A DNA stretch of 64,000 nt from an uncultured archaeon (lineage in GTDB: Archaea > Asgardarchaeota > Lokiarchaeia > Sigyniarchaeales > SOKP01). This document shows, piece by piece, positions 40,876 through 51,847 of the stretch (position 1 is its first letter; every line of letters begins with the position of its first letter). The notes under the pieces are model-generated. The model made no database searches. It was not told the origin of the DNA and was given only the letters and a program-made list of their open reading frames with translations. A program made the translations under genes and the position numbers. Location: positions 50,087 to 114,086 of the forward strand of contig CAYLZE010000005.1 of the NCBI GenBank assembly GCA_964388035.1, written 5' to 3'.

Positions 40876-41416
40876 TTATAGTTGTTAAATATTCAATCGT
40901 GTTCTCTTATTTATTTTTATGTATCTTTGATCTAACGAGGTATTTAAAATGAAAAAATGAATATAGTTAGCAGCTTAGCTTGAAATCATCAATTTTTTTT
41001 TGAAAAATGACGAAAAGAAATAATTTATATAGAATCATTAATTTTTTTATTTAAAAATATTGGATCTTGATCTTTTTTCTTTCATTTTTTTATTGATCTG
41101 ATAACTTTTTCATTCCTTCTCTCTTAAAAAAGTAATGAAAAAGGAACACAATATCCAGATTTCTCCAAATTTCGTTACTTCTACTTTTGAAAAAGTAATA
41201 AAATTAGCATCTTTTGATGCTTTTATGAGGTTTTCCATTTTCGGTCATGGGAGGGGTGAAAAAAGGCGTACTTTCAATTATATTAATAATATCCATCCTT
41301 TTGGCAGAGGAAAATTTCCCATTAGATTTAAATAGGTAGTTGATAATCTTTATAATAGAGTAAATTAAAAGAAATAATAAAGTTAAAAAAAGTAAAAAAA
41401 AAAGGAGTGATAAAAT

Positions 41417-41749
41417 ATGGAATTATACCAATCCAAAGAAAAATTAGAATTATTAACTGATCAAAAAAGAAAAGAATTATACGGTCTAGCAAAAGATGTG
41501 AGCAAAGAAACTATTGAAGAAGTATGCCCTGCGCTGCTTCGAGTATGCATGAACGGTCCTAAAGGAGCTTTAAAAAATGAATTAGGGAGGGTTATCTTTC
41601 ATTTGCAAAAAAATGAACGCATTTCTACACTAATAGGATTACAAAAATTACTTGAAGGAGCGTTAATGGTAGATCAAAAAGAAACTTTCGAAATTCTCAA
41701 CTCATCTGATGCTCAAGATTTAGCGAATAAAATAAAAGCAATTTTATAA
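41417..41749 (+). CDS. Hypothetical protein
   Basis: 110-aa ORF with a strong SD (AAGGAGTGA). Confidence 0.75.
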   Translation: MELYQSKEKLELLTDQKRKELYGLAKDVSKETIEEVCPALLRVCMNGPKGALKNELGRVIFHLQKNERISTLIGLQKLLEGALMVDQKETFEILNSSDAQDLANKIKAIL

Positions 41750-41903
41750 AATCTTTATCTATTTTTTCTCATTTAAACCTATTTTAGATTAATCATATAA
41801 AGGCTTGGTTAATAAAATTTCTCGTTCTTGTTCTATTTTATAAATTAGTTCTCTAGAATTTCCTATTTCATATTTAGCTTTAAATGAATAATCTCAGATA
41901 CTG

Positions 41904-42428
41904 CTAGCATTTCAACCTGTTATCTAATCTTGTTCCGCAATTCGGACAGTAGAAATTTTTTTCCTCCCATTTTTCGGATGTCATATATTTTTTAAGGAGG
42001 TTTTTAAGATTTTCATAGATATTTTCGAGCATGATGTCTTCAATTGAGATTAAATTTAATTTCCCTTTTTTATATAAGAGTAATTTTTCTTTTTTTCTGT
42101 TAAAATACTGTTTTCCAAAGTATCCCCAATATTCCATGTATACATCATATTCAGATAAAAACCAGTCATATTTAACGGGAGAACCATGGATGGTTATCTC
42201 TTTTTCATATTCATGTTTAATATTAAAATATGTTAATGCGTTATCAATAATCATTTCTCCTTTTGAACGTGTAACATGACCGTCCATGCACTTGAATTTA
42301 GTAGCCCTTGTAGGGACATACTTTCTTTGCCATTTTTCTAGAATTTTCTTAATAGAATAATAGAATACGATAAAAAGTAATACACATATAATTCCTCCTA
42401 TAAAAAAGTATGCGAGATATGTTTCCAT
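41904..42428 (-). CDS. Membrane-anchored PD-(D/E)xK-like domain protein with C-terminal Zn ribbon
   Basis: TM helix, then DGHVTRSKGEMIIDN...YEKE...YDWFL...YMEYWG; CPNCG. Start inferred at METYL. Confidence 0.6.
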   Translation of the reverse strand: METYLAYFFIGGIICVLLFIVFYYSIKKILEKWQRKYVPTRATKFKCMDGHVTRSKGEMIIDNALTYFNIKHEYEKEITIHGSPVKYDWFLSEYDVYMEYWGYFGKQYFNRKKEKLLLYKKGKLNLISIEDIMLENIYENLKNLLKKYMTSEKWEEKNFYCPNCGTRLDNRLKC

Positions 42429-42645
42429 GATAATCAGAATCTTTTTGAGATTAAATTCGTAATTAATTACATTAAATTTAGAATCGAGAAAAAGCATATG
42501 TTTTATGGGGGAGAGCAAGATTACTGAAAATGTATTTTTAATAAATGGAATAGATCCCTTCATGATTATTTCAACATGCTTTAATGATTTGCTTACCGCA
42601 AATATGCTTTAAAATAGGAAAAAAAGGTTTATACTTAACAGAATT

Positions 42646-43392
42646 TTATTTAATTCTCTTGATTAGCCATTCTGGCATGATTAAAGATAAATAGGATAAG
42701 AGAAATACTAAGATCGCAAAAATCCATGATATGTAGATAAAGATAGAATATCCTGTATTACCAAAAAACACGATGGTAACTGTATCAAGGACATTCATTA
42801 AAAGATATAAAATCATGCAAATTACAGCCCAAAATAACAAGTTAAGTCCCAATTTTGCGATTTTTTCGGATGTTTTTTTCTCAACTCTCCTCAAGAGAAT
42901 TGCCAGATAAACAAAAATTGCCCAAGAGAAGATTACCAGACTTCCTGTAGAATAAATGCGAATACTTGGTTGTCCTTGATAATCTGCTTGCGGAACACCC
43001 CACCAATTCCAAGGAAGCCAAAGCAGAAGTATTATAATAGAACCCATAATAGCTAGCGGGATTAAAAGTGCATTGCTCTTCTCTGTCATCTCATTAATAA
43101 AAACAACAAATAAGAGATCGACAATTATAATCATTGTATATGCAAAAGGTAAAGAAAAACGATAAATTTCTTTATAAAATCCCGTTATCACGGCTTCGGC
43201 TAATCCGATGGCTAATACTATTAAAGCAAGTGTAAGGCCGATAAAAACAAATGTTAAATGTAGCGTAGGAGGGGTTTTTCTCTCACGGTATTTGAAATAC
43301 ATTTTCGATGAGATAAACACCCCAAATATGGAAAGGGCTATGTAAGCAAAAAATATCGGAAGGATTCTAATTTCAAAAGCATCATAACTCAT
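42646..43392 (-). CDS. 7-TM membrane protein (sensor-like)
   Basis: Seven hydrophobic helices; ends MPEWL. Confidence 0.7.
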   Translation of the reverse strand: MSYDAFEIRILPIFFAYIALSIFGVFISSKMYFKYRERKTPPTLHLTFVFIGLTLALIVLAIGLAEAVITGFYKEIYRFSLPFAYTMIIIVDLLFVVFINEMTEKSNALLIPLAIMGSIIILLLWLPWNWWGVPQADYQGQPSIRIYSTGSLVIFSWAIFVYLAILLRRVEKKTSEKIAKLGLNLLFWAVICMILYLLMNVLDTVTIVFFGNTGYSIFIYISWIFAILVFLLSYLSLIMPEWLIKRIK

Positions 43393-43529
43393 AACAATCT
43401 ATTCATGTTCCTTTACTAAAAAAAAGTTTTCTTTTTAGATAAAAAATCAACTATTCACTTATATAAAAAATTCGGGGAATAATTTGAACTTTAGACATAC
43501 AATTGAATTAGAACTTCTTATTTCTCTAA

Positions 43530-44597
43530 TTATTGGTTGATCTTTAGTCCTTTTTTTGCTAAGTCAAGTACTTCTTTAGGAATATCCAACCAAAAATTAG
43601 CTTTAACGTTCAATTTTTTTAAATTGTTTAGATTACCCAAGGAAGAAGGAATATTTTTTAACTTATTATTATCCAAGTTAAGCACCTCTAAATTTACTAA
43701 ATTGCAAATCTCCTTGGGGATCTCTAAGAGATCATTTGCACTCAAATTTAATGCCTTTAAAGAAGATATGGCACAAACTGGGTTTGGGAATTCATTCAGT
43801 TGGTTTAATCTTAAATCCAAAACCTCAAGACAAGAAAATAACGCAAATTCTTTTGGAAGAGCCTTCAACTTATTTCTTCTTAAAAATAATTTCTTAAGGA
43901 ATTTAAAGCCTTCTATTGGCATTGGTAAGCAATTAATTCGGTTTGAATTTAAATTAAGAATTAGGAGGGAACTGAATTCCCCAAAATGCGCTGGTAATAC
44001 TTCTATTTGATTATGATCAAGCCAAAGATCCTTAAGCGAAGGCATGAATGCTAACTCTTTAGGAAATCGATGAATTAAATTATGACTTAAATAAAGGAAT
44101 TTTAAGGAATGTAATGGAATGGTTAATGGGGGTAAAGATTTTAATTTACAATTTGGAAGGGATATCCCAATTACTTTATTATTATTTTGCAAATACCCTA
44201 ATTGATTGGGAGCTATTTCTTTAACTTCAGGTATGTTTTTACCTACCTCAATTTCAAGGATTTTGAGATAATCTTCTTCACTGAATTCAATATCCATGAT
44301 ACCTTTATTTTTTTTGTTTGAAGTTGGTTTATCCCGAGTTTTTATGGGTTCTCCACATTTAGGGCAAAATTCTATTTGAGAAGAGCATAAATAACAACAA
44401 TGGGGACAAGGTACTCGCTTAATGTGATAAATTTGTTCGTCTTTTTTCAGCAGAAACACTATATTAAAATTGATAATTGAATTTGTTAGAAAGTCTATAT
44501 TATCCTTATTGTCTGATGGATATTTAAATTTATAAATAAATCCCTCACTTATAAAACGATCATAAAAACAAAAATAATGATTTATTTCCACTCTCAT
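43530..44597 (-). CDS. Leucine-rich repeat protein with Zn ribbon
   Basis: Multiple LxxLxLxxNxLxxLP repeats; CPHC...CPKCG. True start is probably downstream of 44597. Confidence 0.85.
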   Translation of the reverse strand: MRVEINHYFCFYDRFISEGFIYKFKYPSDNKDNIDFLTNSIINFNIVFLLKKDEQIYHIKRVPCPHCCYLCSSQIEFCPKCGEPIKTRDKPTSNKKNKGIMDIEFSEEDYLKILEIEVGKNIPEVKEIAPNQLGYLQNNNKVIGISLPNCKLKSLPPLTIPLHSLKFLYLSHNLIHRFPKELAFMPSLKDLWLDHNQIEVLPAHFGEFSSLLILNLNSNRINCLPMPIEGFKFLKKLFLRRNKLKALPKEFALFSCLEVLDLRLNQLNEFPNPVCAISSLKALNLSANDLLEIPKEICNLVNLEVLNLDNNKLKNIPSSLGNLNNLKKLNVKANFWLDIPKEVLDLAKKGLKINQ

Positions 44598-44908
44598 CTC
44601 AAGTTAAATGAATATCATAAATTATTCGGATTTGATAATAAAGGTTGCATGGAGTCTCTACCTTAAATTTTAGTATTTAATTAACGTGAGATAAAAGATA
44701 ATAAATAAATCATGATATAGAATTTCTTCTTTTTATCAATTTTTTAGAGGAGTTTATATATATTTTTTAGTAGGAATTTTTGCCTAATATATTTAAAATC
44801 CATTTTAATGATGACCATATATGTTTTATGAATTTTCAATAGTTAAAGTAAAGTACATTAATAAAAGAGGGAATCATCATAAACCAACTTAATTTTGATT
44901 TATTTCAA

Positions 44909-45805
44909 TTGGGTGGAAGATTCATTATATGTAAAATTTTTGAAACTCTAATTGAACCCAATTTTAAACAACAAAATTTAAAACAATTTTTAATGAATAA
45001 TCTTCCTAACTTTGCACGAGGAACTATAGAAAATCCAGGAATTGGTTTTAGGCTTATAGAAAATTATGATTTACCAAGATATTTTAGAGATGATTTTGAC
45101 TATGAAGATTTCTTAAATAAATTACTGATAATTGAATATCAATTAGAAATACATAAATTAATACATTTAAATGGGGAAGATAAACCAACGTTAATAAAGG
45201 ATTATATAGGATATATATTTTTTATATCTCCCAATCTTTTAATAATTAAGGGTAATAAAGAAGATTGTAAAACTATTTTAGATAGTTTTTTTGCAGTTAC
45301 AAGATTCATATTTCAAAGGATTGAAGTTTTTTCATTTGAATCGGATTTTTTTATAAAATTAATAGAAAAGTTGTGGTTTAAGCAATTTAAATTTGAAGAT
45401 GATTTTAGAATTAGTTATTTAATGAAATTAAAGACTTTAACAAATGAAGGTATAACTAGAGTTATAGCATATATCGACAATCCTTTTCCAAGATTTTTAT
45501 CAAGACACGCAGCCCAAGCAATTTTAAATAATTATCAATTCGAGTATTGTAAGTATAGACTCATTTTAAAAGATGTATATTTTACTATTGAACTTGATCG
45601 TAAAGGTCCTGTTAATATAATGCAGGATTGTGGAGACTTTGTATGGTTTAGTAAAAATGAGCGAGCAATTCATGGAAGTTATATTATTTATCGTTTGGTA
45701 AATTATTTCAATTATTGGAAAAATTTGCCTCCAAATAGTAAAAATATTTCCGAGAAATTTAAAAACTCTCTCCGAGAATATTTAGATGCTCTAGAAGACG
45801 AATAA
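44909..45805 (+). CDS. Hypothetical protein (very AT-rich)
   Basis: 298-aa ORF, no recognised motif. Confidence 0.6.
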   Translation: MGGRFIICKIFETLIEPNFKQQNLKQFLMNNLPNFARGTIENPGIGFRLIENYDLPRYFRDDFDYEDFLNKLLIIEYQLEIHKLIHLNGEDKPTLIKDYIGYIFFISPNLLIIKGNKEDCKTILDSFFAVTRFIFQRIEVFSFESDFFIKLIEKLWFKQFKFEDDFRISYLMKLKTLTNEGITRVIAYIDNPFPRFLSRHAAQAILNNYQFEYCKYRLILKDVYFTIELDRKGPVNIMQDCGDFVWFSKNERAIHGSYIIYRLVNYFNYWKNLPPNSKNISEKFKNSLREYLDALEDE

Positions 45806-46183
45806 AGTTTATTCAAATAGTAATAATTTTTTTTGAAAGTCTTAACAAGATAATCGTGAAACGGTCCTTTCACGGCAATTCAAGCATATCTAAATAATAA
45901 TTCCTTATATATATATCATTAAGAGGGAATATTTTTAAAAAGGAGAAAAATATCATAGTGCCTAAGTTCTAAATCATTTCAATAGTTAAAGAGGGATAAA
46001 TAAAATTAATGATATTATTCATTCTTTGAGCATATCGCTACAAGTTAGCAATGAGGGCTTAATTTCAGTGGTTACTCCTTTTGAAGAAATTCCAAAGATA
46101 TTATTTATTGAAGTATATTAAGTTATATGAGACATAAATAATATAGACAGAATTAAAATTCAATCTTAGAATTAGGGTTTCTT

Positions 46184-47686
46184 ATGGATTTAACATTTTA
46201 TGGCGGCGTGAATGAAATTGGAGGAAATAAAATATTATTACGAAATAATAATACTAGGATTTTCTTAGATTTTGGCATATCTTATGCTAGAATGAAGGAA
46301 TATTATGAATTTCCTCTTTTACAGCCAAGTAATAAGGACGATCTATTAAAAACCTTCCTTATTCCGGATTTAAAAGGCGTGTATCAATACCATACTCATG
46401 AGGTCATTTATAATCAAAAAGGTCCCCAGAAGGTTAATCCTCAAAATGAAACCAGAATCATTGATGCAGTTTTGTTATCACATGCCCACATGGACCATTA
46501 TGGATACATTGGGCTTCTTAGACAGGATATACCAATTTATACCTCGAGGTTAACTAAAAGAATCATCCAATTGTATTCTAAAATGGGAAGAAATGAATTC
46601 AATGTAATAATTGATCATCTGAATTTGAAAAACATTAAAGAATCTAAGGAATTATTAATTAACGATTTGCTCATTAAGCGATTTAATGTAGATCATTCCA
46701 TTTTGGGGGCTTCAGCTTATTATATCGATGGCGACAAATCAATTGTCTATACGGGAGATTTTCGGTTACATGGGCTTAAAAAAGAAGTAACTGAAAATTT
46801 CCTAAATCAAGTTAAAAAGGAAAGGATAGATTATTTATTATGTGAGGGTACAAGACTCGGATTGCTAGATGAGAATGAAGATCAAATTGCTGAAAGCAAC
46901 ATTTTAGATTCAGAAGAAGAAGTTAGAAAAAAATGCATGAACATTATCGATAGTGAAGAGGATTTGGTAATATATGACGCATCCCAAGCGGATTTGGAAC
47001 GACTCCGAATCCTCTGGGAAGTTGCTAAGAAAACAGGTCGTGTCTTAGTAGTCGATTCTAAAAAAGCCTACTTGCTTCTAAATCTAAATAAGAAGAAGAA
47101 CATAGTGAAAGGTTTGCCAAAATTAGGAGATTTTAAAATTTTATTAGGAAGATCAAAATTAAGATCTTCTTCAAAAGCATGTAAGGAATTAACTGCAAGC
47201 TGTCCTGGTTTATATCTTGAATGTTTTAAATCGGGGAGGAAATATCATGAAAGGATTATGGGGGAGGAGGAAGAAATTTCGGATGATACTTACATTTGGG
47301 GTCCACAATTAAGAAAAAAAATATTGGACAAATCAAATGAATATCTCATTTATACTTCAAATGGTCCTTTACTTCTCTTACAATGTAAATTAAAGAAAGT
47401 ACCAATAAAGGGAACTTATATCTATGGAAAGGCAGAACCATTCAATGAAGAAATGGAATTTACTTTTGAGCGGTTAATGAATTGGTTAAAGTTATGCGAG
47501 TTAAACTTAGCATATGCACACACCACGGGACATTGCATGCCCGATGATTTAAAACGCGCAATTGAGATAATCAATCCTAAACAAATTATTCCCGTTCATA
47601 CCCAACATCCTGATTCTTTTAAAGAATTACTTCCAAACAATATTACTCTCATCAAACCCGAATTAAATCAGAAAATAATTTTATAA
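46184..47686 (+). CDS. RNase J-like beta-CASP metallo-beta-lactamase
   Basis: GGVNEIGGN, LDFG, SHAHMDH, VDHS, YTGDFR, CEGT, HTTGH, IPVHT. Confidence 0.88.
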   Translation: MDLTFYGGVNEIGGNKILLRNNNTRIFLDFGISYARMKEYYEFPLLQPSNKDDLLKTFLIPDLKGVYQYHTHEVIYNQKGPQKVNPQNETRIIDAVLLSHAHMDHYGYIGLLRQDIPIYTSRLTKRIIQLYSKMGRNEFNVIIDHLNLKNIKESKELLINDLLIKRFNVDHSILGASAYYIDGDKSIVYTGDFRLHGLKKEVTENFLNQVKKERIDYLLCEGTRLGLLDENEDQIAESNILDSEEEVRKKCMNIIDSEEDLVIYDASQADLERLRILWEVAKKTGRVLVVDSKKAYLLLNLNKKKNIVKGLPKLGDFKILLGRSKLRSSSKACKELTASCPGLYLECFKSGRKYHERIMGEEEEISDDTYIWGPQLRKKILDKSNEYLIYTSNGPLLLLQCKLKKVPIKGTYIYGKAEPFNEEMEFTFERLMNWLKLCELNLAYAHTTGHCMPDDLKRAIEIINPKQIIPVHTQHPDSFKELLPNNITLIKPELNQKIIL

Positions 47687-47800
47687 ACATATTTAAAAAC
47701 ATTTCAAACTAGGTAGTAAGTGAAAATTTCTATCAAGTAAACTAATAAAAAAGACAAATAATCTAAATAAATTCAAAATTGCTATCATGGGGCGATATCT

Positions 47801-49303
47801 ATAGAGTCGAAGGTAAGATTAACTTTTCTCGGAGGAGTAAATGAAATAGGAGGAAATATCGTTCTTTTAGAAGATTTTGTTAAGGATGTTAAGATTTTTC
47901 TTGATTTTGGGATAAAAATTAAGAAGTATTATAAACACTACGAATCAGGTGATTCGGCCAAGAGCATTGATGAATTAATCACCTTAAATCTGCTTCCCAA
48001 TGAGAAACATTTATCGGTGAAAAATTTATATACGCATGAGTTTAGCAACTTTAAGATAAGAAAGAAAAAATGTTCTGATAGTTCTAATCAATCATTAGAT
48101 GCTCTGTATCCTTCTAATTTAGACGGCGTTTTAATCTCCCATTCACATAAGGATCATTTTTCTGGACTTTCATACATGAATCGCACGATTCCTGTCTATG
48201 CGGGTGTCGTGACGAGAAAAATAATCAATGCCTTCTATAAATCCTCCAAAATTTCCTTGAATAATAATTTTGGGCAGTTAAATTGGATTACCTTCAGAAC
48301 AGGGCAGATTTTAGATATAAAAGGATTAAAGATTGTACCTTTTCACGTGGATCATTCAATTCCTGCTGCCTATGGTTTTATTATTTACACTTCTGTTGGT
48401 CCCGTAGTATATACGGGAGATTTTAGAATGCATGGATCCTTGTCTCATATGTCACGTGAATTCCTTGAAGAAATTCAGTCCCATCATATCATTCAATCAA
48501 AGAAAGTTCTCTCAAAGGAAGAGAGAAGCAGGATAGAGAAGGGTGTAAAAGTCTTAATTTGTGAAGGAACAAAAATTAATAAAAGTACTGTTGAATCAGA
48601 AAAAGAGGTGGAAGATAATTTAGATAAGTTATTTAAACAGAATCCCTTTGATTTTATTTTAGTAAAATACGATAGAATTGATTGGGATCGATTTCGAACA
48701 TTTTCCCATATGGCTAAAAAATATCAGTGGAAATATATAATTTCTGAAAAGGAGGCTTACTTTTACTATCTCTTGAATGAAGATGCCTTTCATATGACCA
48801 TGAAAGATCCTAATATCCTCACAGATAGCCACATTCTTATTTTAAGGAGTAATAAAGACAGATTTAAATGGCAGAAGAAAATTAGAAAAATAATCCGCGT
48901 TAACCGAATGGCATATCGTTTGATTACTTACTTGGAATTAAAAAACTTGAAGGAAAAGTATTTCCTATACATCACACACCTTAGTGATAGTTTATTTAAC
49001 CATATCAATTTTGATCGAAGGGGATTGTTTATATCCTCCTCCGTCGATCCTTACGTGGAGGAATTTTATGATAATACTAATGGCATTAGGTTAAAATTAG
49101 AACCACTTGGTATTCCTACCTATCGCATCCACGCTTCAGGTCATGCTACTCCACATGATTTGATCAATTTTATAGATAGCATTCGCCCCGAGATGCTCAT
49201 TCCCATTCATACAAAACATTCGGAATTTTTTAAAAACCTCTTTCGAAATTCAGACATAAAGGTCATCGTACCTGAAAAATATTCAGTGATTAATATCAAT
49301 TAA
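47801..49303 (+). CDS. Second RNase J-like beta-CASP protein; N-terminus extends to a probable ATA start
   Basis: In-frame VRLTFLGGVNEIGGN...FLDFG lies upstream of the GTG at 48017; SHSHKDH, VDHS, YTGDFR, HASGH, IPIHT. Confidence 0.85.
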   Translation: MESKVRLTFLGGVNEIGGNIVLLEDFVKDVKIFLDFGIKIKKYYKHYESGDSAKSIDELITLNLLPNEKHLSVKNLYTHEFSNFKIRKKKCSDSSNQSLDALYPSNLDGVLISHSHKDHFSGLSYMNRTIPVYAGVVTRKIINAFYKSSKISLNNNFGQLNWITFRTGQILDIKGLKIVPFHVDHSIPAAYGFIIYTSVGPVVYTGDFRMHGSLSHMSREFLEEIQSHHIIQSKKVLSKEERSRIEKGVKVLICEGTKINKSTVESEKEVEDNLDKLFKQNPFDFILVKYDRIDWDRFRTFSHMAKKYQWKYIISEKEAYFYYLLNEDAFHMTMKDPNILTDSHILILRSNKDRFKWQKKIRKIIRVNRMAYRLITYLELKNLKEKYFLYITHLSDSLFNHINFDRRGLFISSSVDPYVEEFYDNTNGIRLKLEPLGIPTYRIHASGHATPHDLINFIDSIRPEMLIPIHTKHSEFFKNLFRNSDIKVIVPEKYSVININ

Positions 49304-49441
49304 AAAGAGAGAATAATCTAACAATCTATTTATCTTAAAAATCATCATAAAATCTTACAAAGAGAGGAAATCAATAATAAACTTTTTAATTCTTTCTTTT
49401 GCTTTGCAATATTCTTGCATTATAACGATTGAATGCTATAA

Positions 49442-50191
49442 TTAATGTTTTTTGAAGCAAATAATTCCCCCAAATTCATTAATACGAATACCAGCAAGAC
49501 TCTCGTTTGATATAATTTTAGTTATAATCCCTTTATTTTCTGCAATCTGTTTGAGCCTATAAAGACGGTTATTTTGTTTAGAATTTTCAAGTAATTCATC
49601 TGTCATCAAGAGATAATCCAGCTTGTTAGCAACTTTTTTATCTTTTTTCCCTCCTTTAAGAATAATTTCTTCTATTTCGTTCAATCCATATACCACGCGG
49701 TAATTCACTTGGTCAAGATTAATGCTTTTTTCAAGTTGTTTCATTAATAAGTATGCTTCTTGAGCGGTTGTCCTTTTTATTATCTCTTTATTTTCTTCTT
49801 GTTGTAGTAAATGCCATGTTTCTTCTAAATTCCGAGCATTTCCAGTAAGTATTCCATAGCTTACTTGACTATCCCCTCGAGAATCAATAAGCCAACGATG
49901 ATGTTTTTTAATATATTCAAGAAAATTATGAGAGAGAGATGAATTTGGTGGGCTGGCAAGAAGTATACTTTTAAGACCTTGATTAATTGAAGATCTGAAT
50001 TCATTAATTATCTTCTCATAAAACTGAACTTTATCCCGATCATCCGCGTTTTTCCATTTTCGGGATAAGGATATGGTTTTTACTTTCTTAACTGATTCAC
50101 TAAAAACATACCATATATGAATTGCTTGTTCATCAAATCCAACTAAAACTGCAACATGATATCCCCGTTTTTGTCTTCGCTTATCTTTCAT
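49442..50191 (-). CDS. Pelota-like protein (eRF1 domains 2+3 only)
   Basis: ILLASP...FLEYI, VVYGLNEI, YLLMTDELL, KIISNESLAG.RINEFGGI; no N-terminal domain. Confidence 0.65.
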   Translation of the reverse strand: MKDKRRQKRGYHVAVLVGFDEQAIHIWYVFSESVKKVKTISLSRKWKNADDRDKVQFYEKIINEFRSSINQGLKSILLASPPNSSLSHNFLEYIKKHHRWLIDSRGDSQVSYGILTGNARNLEETWHLLQQEENKEIIKRTTAQEAYLLMKQLEKSINLDQVNYRVVYGLNEIEEIILKGGKKDKKVANKLDYLLMTDELLENSKQNNRLYRLKQIAENKGIITKIISNESLAGIRINEFGGIICFKKH

Positions 50192-50454
50192 GGATATATT
50201 AAAAGATTGGCATTCGAAATATTTTATGTTGATTTAATTCATTTTAATTTTTGAATATATTTTTACTGCCTTATCAAAGGGCGTTTAATCAAACTTAATA
50301 AAAACGTTTAAAATTAAAATTTATAAAAATAAAATTTTTACGGCTTGAAATGGATTAGATCATTTAAAAATGATGATTGCTGATTTAGCAATTTCAATTT
50401 AAATAATTTGAGATAAAAGTATTTTTTTTTTCTTAAAATTTTAAAAAAGAGGAG

Positions 50455-50931
50455 TTAATCAGGAATGATCACAGAGGGATCTTCCTTAATTTTATCTAAT
50501 ACAATTTGTGTTTTAATTTCTTCGACCCCAGGTAAATTACGTAGGGTTTCAATAAGATTCATGGAGTCTTGGTGATCGAGACATTTTGCCATGATAAATA
50601 AGGGATATTCTCCCGTGATTACATATGCATATTTAACTTGAATCATTTCTAAAATCTTATTTTTAAGTGCATCTAAGGATTGCGAAGAATTTAGGCGAAG
50701 AGAAGCCATGACCATTTCCCTATACCCCAACTGGCGACAATCAATGAGCGTGACATATTGCTTGATGATATTCTGTTCTTTCATGCGATTTATACGCATT
50801 CGAATTGAAGTAGTACTTAAGCTGATCAATTTTTCAATATCACGCAAGGATGCTTTAGCATCATCTTGTAGGATTTTTAGTATTTCTTTATCGGTCTCAT
50901 CTAATTCTGCAATCTTTGGTATTCCTGCCAT
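50455..50931 (-). CDS. Lrp/AsnC-family transcriptional regulator
   Basis: LDETDKEILKILQDDAK...LSTTSIRMRINRM...ITGEYPL...IKTQIVL; divergent from tusA. Confidence 0.92.
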   Translation of the reverse strand: MAGIPKIAELDETDKEILKILQDDAKASLRDIEKLISLSTTSIRMRINRMKEQNIIKQYVTLIDCRQLGYREMVMASLRLNSSQSLDALKNKILEMIQVKYAYVITGEYPLFIMAKCLDHQDSMNLIETLRNLPGVEEIKTQIVLDKIKEDPSVIIPD

Positions 50932-51045
50932 TTTTTCCCATTCTCTTTAAAATAAGGTTAATCCTAACTTTTTATTAATTATAACTATATTTATCAAAAA
51001 TTAAAACTAATTTATGTTATGATGCTAACCATTTAAATTTTGCGT

Positions 51046-51116
51046 TTGTGATATTAGTTTAAAAAGGTTTATTCCAACTTGTGATAATCAAACACCGTAC
51101 TTTTATTATATGTGAT
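51046..51116 (+). promoter_or_regulatory. Triple-box operator/promoter upstream of tusA-dsrEFH
   Basis: TTGTGAT at 51046 and 51079, ATGTGAT at 51110; 18-mer ACTTTTATTATATGTGAT at 51099..51116. Confidence 0.8.
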
Positions 51117-51230
51117 GTATATTTAAATAGTAGATTACATTTGTACTAATTGAAAAAAAGATTATTATCACGTGTAATTAAAAAAAAACACAAAAGCAAT
51201 ACAAATTAAAAAAATTAAAGGGGTAATATA

Positions 51231-51455
51231 ATGTCAGAAGTTGTACTTGATTGTACAGGAATGAAGTGTCCGATGCCCGTGTTGAAAACTAAAAAAGAGT
51301 TGAGTAAATTAAGCACGGGACAGACTTTAAAGTTAATGGTTGACGATAAAGGCGCCTTAAAAGATATTCCGGCGTTATTACATAAAACTGGGGACGACTT
51401 GCTCGAAACTAAGGAAGAAGGAGAAAAAATTACGTTTACTATTAAAAAAGCGTAA
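51231..51455 (+). CDS. tusA: Sulfur carrier TusA/SirA
   Basis: LDCTGMKCPMPVLKTKK (CPxP), DD..A..DIP. Confidence 0.92.
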   Translation: MSEVVLDCTGMKCPMPVLKTKKELSKLSTGQTLKLMVDDKGALKDIPALLHKTGDDLLETKEEGEKITFTIKKA

Positions 51456-51473
51456 AGAACGGAGTTAGCGGTC

Positions 51474-51842
51474 ATGCATACATATACTATAGTGATAAGC
51501 ACGGAACCTTATAAATTTGAAGCAACGGATACATTGATAAATGTTGGAAATGCAATCATCAATCATGGAAATAAAATTCGGGGAATTTTTTTTTATGGGA
51601 GTGGCGTTTATAATATCAAGAAAGATATAGAAACAGGAATTAAGGTGCGTAATTTACCATCCAAATTAGAAGAATTCATTAAATTGAATAACATACAAGT
51701 AGCAGGATGCACGACATGGATCGGTCTCTGTGGTATAAAAGAAAATTGTTTTATCGATGGAGCAAAGGAAGAAGGATTAGGAGAATTAACTAACTGGACC
51801 TCAGAATCTGATAAATTAATTGTATTTGGTACCGGAGGATAG
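51474..51842 (+). CDS. dsrE: DsrE/TusD family sulfurtransferase
   Basis: TEPY, IFFYGSGVYN, conserved Cys in VAGCTTW, GLGEL...SDKLIVF. Confidence 0.85.
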   Translation: MHTYTIVISTEPYKFEATDTLINVGNAIINHGNKIRGIFFYGSGVYNIKKDIETGIKVRNLPSKLEEFIKLNNIQVAGCTTWIGLCGIKENCFIDGAKEEGLGELTNWTSESDKLIVFGTGG

Positions 51843-51847
51843 GAATC

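Noticed and set aside
41135-41335. 66-aa ORF
   Set aside because: No SD or motif; the opposite strand has only broken frames. Possibly a decayed remnant, but unsupported.
45855-45874. CGTGAAA-(6)-TTTCACG hairpin
   Set aside because: A single 7-bp stem that could be a terminator, an operator or chance; nothing further supports it.
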